Shown here in pieces: positions 56,888-64,000 of a DNA stretch of 64,000 nt. The first letter of the stretch is position 1. Every line of letters begins with the position of its first letter. This DNA comes from a cyanobacterium endosymbiont of Rhopalodia gibba (GTDB taxonomy: Bacteria > Cyanobacteriota > Cyanobacteriia > Cyanobacteriales > Microcystaceae): positions 1,760,001 through 1,824,000 of the forward strand of contig CP067995.1 of the NCBI GenBank assembly GCA_045159875.1, read 5' to 3'. The notes beneath the pieces were generated by a model. It was not told the DNA's origin, ran no database searches, and worked only from the letters and a program-made list of their open reading frames with translations. The translations under genes were made by a program, and so were the position numbers.

Positions 56888-56915
56888 TTCACAGAAAAAT
56901 TAATTTTTCTGTGAA
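56888..56915. repeat. 28-bp perfect loopless palindrome
   Basis: ttcacagaaaaatt|aatttttctgtgaa, ~80 nt after the TolC stop. Confidence 0.92.
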
Positions 56916-56929
56916 TCGTTTTTTTGCTC

Positions 56930-58355
56930 TAAACTGATCAAATCTTTTCTCGTTTTGTCCATATGATTAAAAAGACACTTTTCTTTGAGCTTAGAGGAGT
57001 TATCCTAATTACTCTCTGGATATTGGTTGGAGAATTTTTTGTACTCTACGAACGGGATTTATTAATATTCGGGTATTTAAAGACACTGTTGATATTGCCA
57101 TAGGTCGATATGATTACCTCCAAGACAACTAAAAGGAAGAACTAACTTCTTTTTCAAGCTTTGGCGACCGCTCTATGTGCCAGTGTAAGACTAGGAAATA
57201 TTGCTGGAGGGACAAAGAAATCAATTCAACTTGGAGGGACAGGGGGAGTATTTTGGATAACTATAACGGCAATTTTGGGAATGTCAACTAAATTCATCGA
57301 ATGTACTTTAGGGCTAAAATATCGCATTGTTCATCCTGATGGCACAGTAGTTGGTGGACTCATATATTATTTGCGTAACGGGTCAAATACATTAGGTCAA
57401 GCTCAATTAGGTATGCTTTTAGCAACCATTTATAGGGTTACTGAAATTTGTTCAGCCATAGGTGCAGAAAATATGTTCCAGTCTAATCAATTGTTTGCTG
57501 TATTAGCCACTATCATTCCACAGTTACAACCATATAATTAGGCTTATGGTCTGAATTTAGCTCTGTTGCTGGGATTAGTAACTATCGGCGTATCGGCGAT
57601 GTTAACCGTATTAGCATCGTCACTAATAAGTTAGTCCCAGTAATGGTCGGAATTTACCTTTTTAGCTGTTTGTGGGTGTTAAAAGTAAACTTTACGGTGA
57701 TTTCCAGGGTCTTTTTATGGTTCAAGAGGCTTTTTCTCCTCAGACTATTGAGGGGGACTGGTGGACGTTTTGGTTTAAGGAATCTGGCGCAGTGTTTTTT
57801 CTAATGGAGCTGGATTGAAACGACGATTGCTCATTCAGTGGACAAGACTCAAGAACCTATTCGAGAGGAAATTATTTCTATCTTAGAGCCGTTTGTTGAC
57901 ATGGTAATTATCTGCAATTTAACGGCATTGGTTATTATAACGACAGAAATCTCAGAAATCTATAGGAACGTAGTGAGAGCAACTATTTAGTGAGTGGTTC
58001 AGCTCTAGCCGCGCTAGCTTTTAGTCGAGTCATCAATTTGGTTCCTTTTTTTTTAGCTGAAATTATAGGTCGGTTTGCCTTTTCAACGATGATCTCTTGA
58101 TGTTATTACGGCGAAAGATGTTGGGATTATGTTTTCGGAGAATCTAGTCATCATATTTTTAAAATTATGTTTTTAACTTTTATCTTTCTGAGACCTATTT
58201 TTAATTGAAAAGCCTTAGTAAAATTTAGTGAAACAATCTTATTAACCTTAACTATTGCTAATGTTCTAGGTTGTATTTTTTTCTTAGGAAAAATAGCTGA
58301 AAATCTACACAAATATTGGTCAAAGTTTAAGTCTAAAGAAATTAAAGGCAAATAA
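56930..58355 (+). pseudogene. Alanine/glycine:cation symporter (AGCS family) pseudogene
   Basis: FQALATAL..VRLGNIAG, GGVFW, KFIECTLGLKYR, NMFQSNQ, FSNGAG, LEPFVD..ICNLT, FAFSTMIS*CYYGE; many stops and frameshifts. Confidence 0.92.
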
Positions 58356-58359
58356 TCCT

Positions 58360-59100
58360 TGCAAAGGAAAGATATTCATCCTGTGTTAGTTGCTCGTCCA
58401 GCAAAAAGGCTCAATGATTTTCCGCGACTTCTTTGATGTGTAAGTTATTTAAATAAGTTGTATAAAGTTGAATTTACGATGAAGTTCTATTAAGTCCTTT
58501 TTGGGGTTGAATAAACAGTGTAGGAATCTCAATAGGTTCAGTTAACTCTGCACATCTCATCACATTTTTAAAGATTTTGTTGCGGGACTATACTACAAAT
58601 TTACTACCCCATCTCCCCTCGTTTTTTTCTTCCATTCCTGATTGGAAAACTTTTTGTTACAAGGGAGTTCATTCTTGATATTGTTTTAAACTTCAGGCTA
58701 AGATTTCAGCTTTCTCATAACTTTCAAAAGCTCCCATCGCTTTTAGGAAAGATGACATTTTATATAATACGGGAAAAGTTATTTTTAAAATGGATGGCAT
58801 CCGGCTAATCAAAAAAAGATTAATCAATATTCAACTTTTGAATTTTTTAGGATTTCCTGTCGTTTAAATAGGGTCCAATTTAGCACTCCATCCTAAATAG
58901 TTCATTAATCTTTTTCAATCATTAATCTAATCCGTAAATTTATAACTAGTTTGAGGCTTACTACTATTATCATGACCTTGCAAATCATACGCAACAATAT
59001 GATAATCCATCGACAAATAATCTCTTAAATTTAACCAAACTAAGCTATCGCCAGCTAAATTCTGTAACAGAAAAAGTTGACTTTATTCTCAATAAAACTC
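58360..59100 (-). pseudogene. Alpha/beta hydrolase pseudogene
   Basis: AYDLQGHDNSSKPQTSYKF, LMNYLGWS, MPSILKITFPVLYK, MGAFESYEKAE fragments. Confidence 0.7.
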
Positions 59101-59184
59101 TAAATAAGAGATATGAATATCTGATTAATTTACAGCTTTACAAATAAATATTTTTGACTATAAAAAGAGTTATTAAATAATAAT

Positions 59185-59994
59185 TTAGGATATAATACCC
59201 TGTACTAAGGGCTTAAAAAAGGGAACTAATTCAGGTTTACTAGCCACTAAACAAGGAAAAGGTTTTTTTCCATAATTCTGACCAATCTTAAGCGGAAAAA
59301 TGGGGTCATCATTCAAAGAAACAAAAACTCCACCTGCACCTCTAAGAATAACCCAAACCGCAGCAATATCCCAAATTTTAGGGGTTACTTCTACCCCCCC
59401 TAATGCTGCTCCACAAGCCACTAATGAAATGTTATAACTAGCGACTCCAATTATACGAATTTTACAAGGAAAAGGTTGTCTAAGAATTTTAATACTACGG
59501 GTGCATAAATTGAAAAGATGACTTTGACTAGGCTGGTCGTGACTCGTGTGAATTTTTACCCCATTTGAATAAGACCCTTTAGGTCCAGTTATTCCGGTTT
59601 CCCCATACCAGTATCCATGGAAAGATTGCTGAAGTTGGGGAAAATGAACAAAGCCAAAAACAGGGGTTCCTCGATACAACAATCCTAGAGAAATGCCCCA
59701 AATTGGGATACCTCGTGTGAAGTTAGTAGTTCCATCAATCGGGTCAATGATCCAACACCAGTCTGTTTCAGGAAAGATATGAGTAGTTTCCTCAGTAAGA
59801 ACTCCATGTTCAGGAAATTTAGTAGCGATCACCGCCCGAATAGCTTGATCAGTCCAATGATCAGCTTGGGTAACTAAAGAACCATCGTCCTTCTGTGTAG
59901 GGGATATTTGACCTACATCGGCCACTAAACAATGTCCTAGTTTTTGGGTTGTCGTCCGACAAAACGTTAAGACCTCGTGCCAAAATTGTTCCAT
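59185..59994 (-). CDS. Inositol monophosphatase family protein
   Basis: KDDGSLVTQAD, LTEE, WIIDPIDGTTNF, WDIAA; ATG at 59994. Confidence 0.95.
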   Translation of the reverse strand: MEQFWHEVLTFCRTTTQKLGHCLVADVGQISPTQKDDGSLVTQADHWTDQAIRAVIATKFPEHGVLTEETTHIFPETDWCWIIDPIDGTTNFTRGIPIWGISLGLLYRGTPVFGFVHFPQLQQSFHGYWYGETGITGPKGSYSNGVKIHTSHDQPSQSHLFNLCTRSIKILRQPFPCKIRIIGVASYNISLVACGAALGGVEVTPKIWDIAAVWVILRGAGGVFVSLNDDPIFPLKIGQNYGKKPFPCLVASKPELVPFFKPLVQGIIS

Positions 59995-60252
59995 ATTTAA
60001 TTGAAGGATAAGAGGGCAACAATACGATATTACCCTTAAAAGATATAGGAATATAACTCGATAAAGCAAGTTTTTTGATTCCGGGGTCCCCAAGATCAAA
60101 GGTAGAAAGATTTAATCAGTTGTCCTTGGATAGAATTTTGACAAAAGTGTTATGCTAGTGGGCGATCACATCTTTTTAGATATTTTTTCTATAATAAGGC
60201 AAAGAATTCAAATTCATTTGAACCCAAAATTATTAAGACTTTACTTTTAGGA

Positions 60253-60398
60253 TCGATGCTGCCCACAAAATTTTTATCGATGCTGCCCACAAAATTTTTA
60301 TCGATGCTGCCCACAAAATTTTTATCGATGCTGCCCACACAATTTTTGTCGATGCTGCCCACACAATTTTTGTCGATGCTGCCCACACAATTTTTGTC
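60253..60398. repeat. 24-bp tandem repeat x6 (3 + 3 variant blocks)
   Basis: (tcgatgctgcccacaaaattttta)x3 then (tcgatgctgcccacacaatttttg)x3; no spacers. Confidence 0.97.
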
Positions 60399-60434
60399 AC
60401 AAATGAAACTTTAAGATATTAATGAGATAAGAAA

Positions 60435-60870
60435 ATGTTATCAACTTCAACTAACAAAGCTGCCATTATCCGTAATTATATTCTTCTTTCTCTAGTCGTT
60501 ATGATTTTGGGAGTGGGATTAACGGATATTTTCAAAAATCCTAGTCGAGTTGGACAAAAGGATCGTATTGATAATTATGTCCGCTATATCAATGCAGGTT
60601 TTGTTGCTCAAACGCAAAAATCAGGACGTTGACACTCAGTTGTTAAGCTTGCGTTGGAATATCTTTTGGCTAAATATGTCTAGAAAACCGATATTTAATC
60701 TATAGGTTCTTCCACTGAGCTTTTTCTTGCTAGTGTAAGAACCACGACTAGGATACCCTTATATGAAATTACTTTTTGCTTTCTGGCTTAATATGTAAGT
60801 ACGACTTACTAAACTCTATGAATTAAAACCTACTTTGTATAAGCAAATAAACCTTGTGCTCCTATTATTT
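60435..60870 (+). pseudogene. Probable pseudogene of a membrane-anchored hypothetical protein
   Basis: ATG ORF with one TM-like segment stops at 60632; the same frame continues protein-like through further stops. Confidence 0.4.
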
Positions 60871-62775
60871 TAGGAATGACGCAGTATTCCATAACTTGTC
60901 TTTTAGCTTAATTTTCATTTTTAAAATCATCAATTCTCGTCCTTACTTTTATTATTTTCATCTATAGGTTTTTCTGAAAATACGTTTTTAAAAAATTAGA
61001 CCATCGTTTTTATAGACTTAGATGAATATTAGCTATTAATAAATAATTAAATCCTTTTTTAAAAACTTTTAAAAGTATTCTTCTTAAAAGACTTCTTAAA
61101 TAATCTATCTGTAAATTTACAAAAAATTGTATTTTTTAATGAATTAACCTAATTTACAATGTTTTTAAATTTATATACTCTTCTATTTTATAGATAATAT
61201 TTATGCTATTTTCTGTTATGGAGTTTATCTTTGAGTCACGAGTCAACTTTGATAATATTTTTTCTTCTAATTCCATTGACTAAATTTTTAAGCTAATCAC
61301 TATATCTTAATTGGTAACTAAATTAAGATTTCTATAATTTTAAAATTATTAAGTTAATAAATATTATTTAATTTTTAATTAACAGTTTTCAATAGAGTTT
61401 AAATCAGGAAAATAAGGAGAGAGAAATACTACTTGTTCTCCGATAGACTTCATCATTTTTCTAGCTTTTGTTATTTTATGTATAGACCGATAAGTTATCC
61501 ATAACAGCATAAATCTAGCCATAGGTTTATACCGTCAGTACTTTTGTTTTATCAGTGAAAAAAAAATTTATTTACATATCCTCCAAGAGGAAAAGAGAAA
61601 AAAACTGATGCAGTGAGCGTTACTATTAACGTAATATTTTTCCTTTATTATTGGGATATGTTCCATAAGCTCGTTTTCCTTTAGTTTCTCTGACATACTG
61701 ACAAGTTATAGCTAGCTTAACTCCGGTTTCATTAATAAAAATTAAGTACGAAAGTTTAAGTTTTTTAAGTATTAAAGAACACTACACTCTCAAAATTTTA
61801 ACCCTATAGCTTGTTAAGTTACCGAGATATATTTTTTTTAAAAAAAGTTAAGTTTAAGTTGCTGGGAAAAACGACATATTGTAGAAATACTAACTCTAAC
61901 ATTTATTTTTTCATTCGAGTGAATACTTGGCTTTTGTAAAGCTGTATAGTTATTTTGTTCTAGCAATCGTTTGATAAAATTTAGGTCATTAAACCTCCAT
62001 TAAAAAGAGTTTTTTCTGGATAAAAATAAGTAGTTAGATACTCTTTATTGTTTTATAGTCTTCAAGTAGGTAATCGATGAAACTATAACTAATTTTTAAA
62101 TAAAATATTTTATTTAAAAATTAGTTAACCAATAAAAAACACTAAATAATAACCATTATTTCTCTAAAAAATAGAGGCAATTTAAAAGATTAAAGGTGAT
62201 TAGACTTAAGATTATGCCGAATAAAATCTAGATTATTTGATTAATTTTTACTCATCTCAATTATAAATATTTAACTTAACTCACTTTTGGACAGCTTTTA
62301 AACATCAGTATAAACATAAAAAATTTCATTATTTTATTTATTGTTTAATCTCAAAACCGTTAACAGTAAATCTTTTATAAAAAAGAATCTCTAATTCGTT
62401 AATTAAATACTATTGCAATAGATTTTATTTATGGATAAAGTAATATTTTTATGCTATCCATATAAAATTTGCAAGAAGAAATAAATTTCTGATTTAATAA
62501 TTCTAAACATAGGAAGTTGTCATGTGAATTTTTATCTTAAATAAGTATAAATTTAGATCCTATAAAAAGTAATTTTTCGGAGAAATTTTGACTAGTATTA
62601 TAAGATCTATGTAGTGATATTTTACGGCTTAAAAAAGTTAGAAAATATTTAACAAAAGTGCAATTATTTCACCGTTAAATTTTTTAAATCTCAAAGAGAT
62701 CTAGAGGATTGTTAGCTAAAGTTCTAATCTAATAATAATCTATGATAAATACACCTAGCCTCAATCTAGTGAAGC

Positions 62776-64000
62776 ATGCAGCCTCATTTGTATCCCAAAC
62801 GCCTCTACCAGTGGCTCACTTCTAGTAACTTTGGGCTCAGCACCACCGATCCTCGCTATGCTTTATTAGAAGCCTGTTTGATTGGATTTCTTTCAGCCTT
62901 AGCCGCTCTCATTCTTAAAATAGGAGTTGGTTGGTTAGGAGGATGGCGAGTAAGTCTAGCCAATCAATTTGGGGCGATCTGGGTCCTTCCCCTTGGAGGC
63001 TTAATTTTAGGATTAATATCGGGATGGTTGATCGAAGAAGTTTCTCTTACTGCTGCAGGAGGTGGTATTACCCAAGTAAAAGCTTCGTTGGCCCGCTATC
63101 CTGTTCCATTATCTATACGGGTTGTCCTAGTCAAACTAATTGGTACAATCTTGGTATTAGGGGCTGGGTTAACCTTAGGTCGTCGTGCCCCCACAGTCCA
63201 TATTGGAGCGGCTTTAGCGGCACAGTTGAGCAGTTGGGTTCCTACCTCTCCTGAACATCGACGACAAATGATTGCGGCCGGAGCTGCTGCCGGACTAGCT
63301 GCTGGATTTAGTACTCCGATTGCTGGAGTTTTATTTGTGGTTGAAGAGTTGATGCGCGACGTTTCTGGTCTAACGCTACAAACCGCTATTGTTGCCTCAT
63401 TTGTGGGGGCTGTTGTCTCTTTGATCCTTCAGTCAGCATCTCTATCATTTTCATCTTCTCTTTTAAATCTGCCTAATATTAGTTTCTCAGCTTCTGAAAT
63501 TCCTTTTTACCTATTGTTGGGGATTTTGGCTGGGATATTAGGCTCACTCTTTAAACGGGGACTTTTGTTTAGTCTGACCGTGCAAAGTCGTCTTAACTTA
63601 CCTTTACCTTGGCGAATTGGATTAGTTGGAATGATTTCTGGGGTAATTGTTGCTGTTTTACCTCCTTTTTTTCAAGATAATGCAGGATTAAGAACTTTTT
63701 TGGTGACGGGGGGATTGAGTGACGACAAAATTCTTTTGGCTTTTGTTGCTCATTTTCTCTTAACTATACTAGCCTATAGTTCCAATGCTCCGGGGGGACT
63801 TTTTGCCCCCGCTTTAGTTTTGGGATCCGCCCTAGGCTATTTAGTGGGAGATTTTGAGGAGTTTTTGACAGGGACGGGGTCCGAATCTACTTATGCCCTG
63901 GCAGGCATGGGGGGCTTTTTCACCGCAGTAGTTCGGGTTCCGGTAACAGCTATTGTTATTGTCTTTGAATTAAACACGGATTTTAATATCGTTCTTCCTT
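62776..64000 (+). CDS. ClC-family chloride channel/transporter (3' end beyond window)
   Basis: Frame from ATG 62776: AAGGGITQVK, LGRRAPTVHIG, GAAAGLAAGFSTPIAG, VVEEL, PGGLFAP, VRVPVT; absent from the ORF track, presumably because it has no stop in the window. Confidence 0.93.
   Translation, partial: MQPHLYPKRLYQWLTSSNFGLSTTDPRYALLEACLIGFLSALAALILKIGVGWLGGWRVSLANQFGAIWVLPLGGLILGLISGWLIEEVSLTAAGGGITQVKASLARYPVPLSIRVVLVKLIGTILVLGAGLTLGRRAPTVHIGAALAAQLSSWVPTSPEHRRQMIAAGAAAGLAAGFSTPIAGVLFVVEELMRDVSGLTLQTAIVASFVGAVVSLILQSASLSFSSSLLNLPNISFSASEIPFYLLLGILAGILGSLFKRGLLFSLTVQSRLNLPLPWRIGLVGMISGVIVAVLPPFFQDNAGLRTFLVTGGLSDDKILLAFVAHFLLTILAYSSNAPGGLFAPALVLGSALGYLVGDFEEFLTGTGSESTYALAGMGGFFTAVVRVPVTAIVIVFELNTDFNIVLP

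Noticed and set aside
3967..58351. Short antisense or alternative-frame ORFs (e.g. 3967, 5858, 11903, 12793, 16886, 17299, 18452, 22097, 22116, 22882, 24099, 24803, 28590, 31409, 33391, 37144, 39644, 40347, 44781, 52721, 56332, 56562, 58151)
   Set aside because: They overlap well-supported genes or pseudogenes and show no recognisable motifs.
60189..60386. ORF with (VGSIDKNC/F)n repeats
   Set aside because: Open only because the 24-bp unit is a stop-free multiple of 3; it starts inside the array with no RBS or other coding evidence.
60253..60398. Possible CRISPR array
   Set aside because: Units are directly adjacent with no unique spacers, and there are no cas genes in the window; it is a tandem repeat.
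62931..63254. 107-aa ORF in the track
   Set aside because: Alternative-frame shadow of the ClC gene that starts at 62776.

Overview
This is an AT-rich cyanobacterial chromosome segment (Cyanothece/Rippkaea/Crocosphaera-like proteins) in advanced reductive evolution. Only about 29 of 64 kb (~46%, summed from my CDS calls) is intact coding sequence. The rest is pseudogenes at varying stages of decay and multi-kb AT-rich deserts. Intact genes include ribE, cysS, thrS, a polar amino-acid ABC ATPase, chlI, def, rel/spoT, patD, an M16 peptidase, an ABC1 kinase, a PP2C phosphatase, a GNAT, sigE, priA, an RluA-family synthase, a cyclophilin, ppk1, murF, dusB, a TolC-family protein, an IMPase and a ClC channel cut by the window end. 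Broken genes include ycf4, the SSADH + 2-oxoglutarate decarboxylase pair, an AGCS alanine symporter, crcB, GGT, a GT4, an SDR, an FAD oxidoreductase, an HNH nuclease, a LuxR regulator and an IS982 transposase. The pattern fits a non-photosynthetic endosymbiont such as a rhopalodiacean diatom spheroid body (inference). The most notable non-genic signals are: many long, mutually unrelated, near-perfect palindromes (one duplicates a gene's stop codon); an intact glutamine riboswitch before a small membrane protein; an unidentified ~150-nt structured element; HIP1 decay biased to the methylated cytosine; and short tandem duplications that are in-frame in live genes and often frameshifting in dead ones. 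All counts were made by eye.
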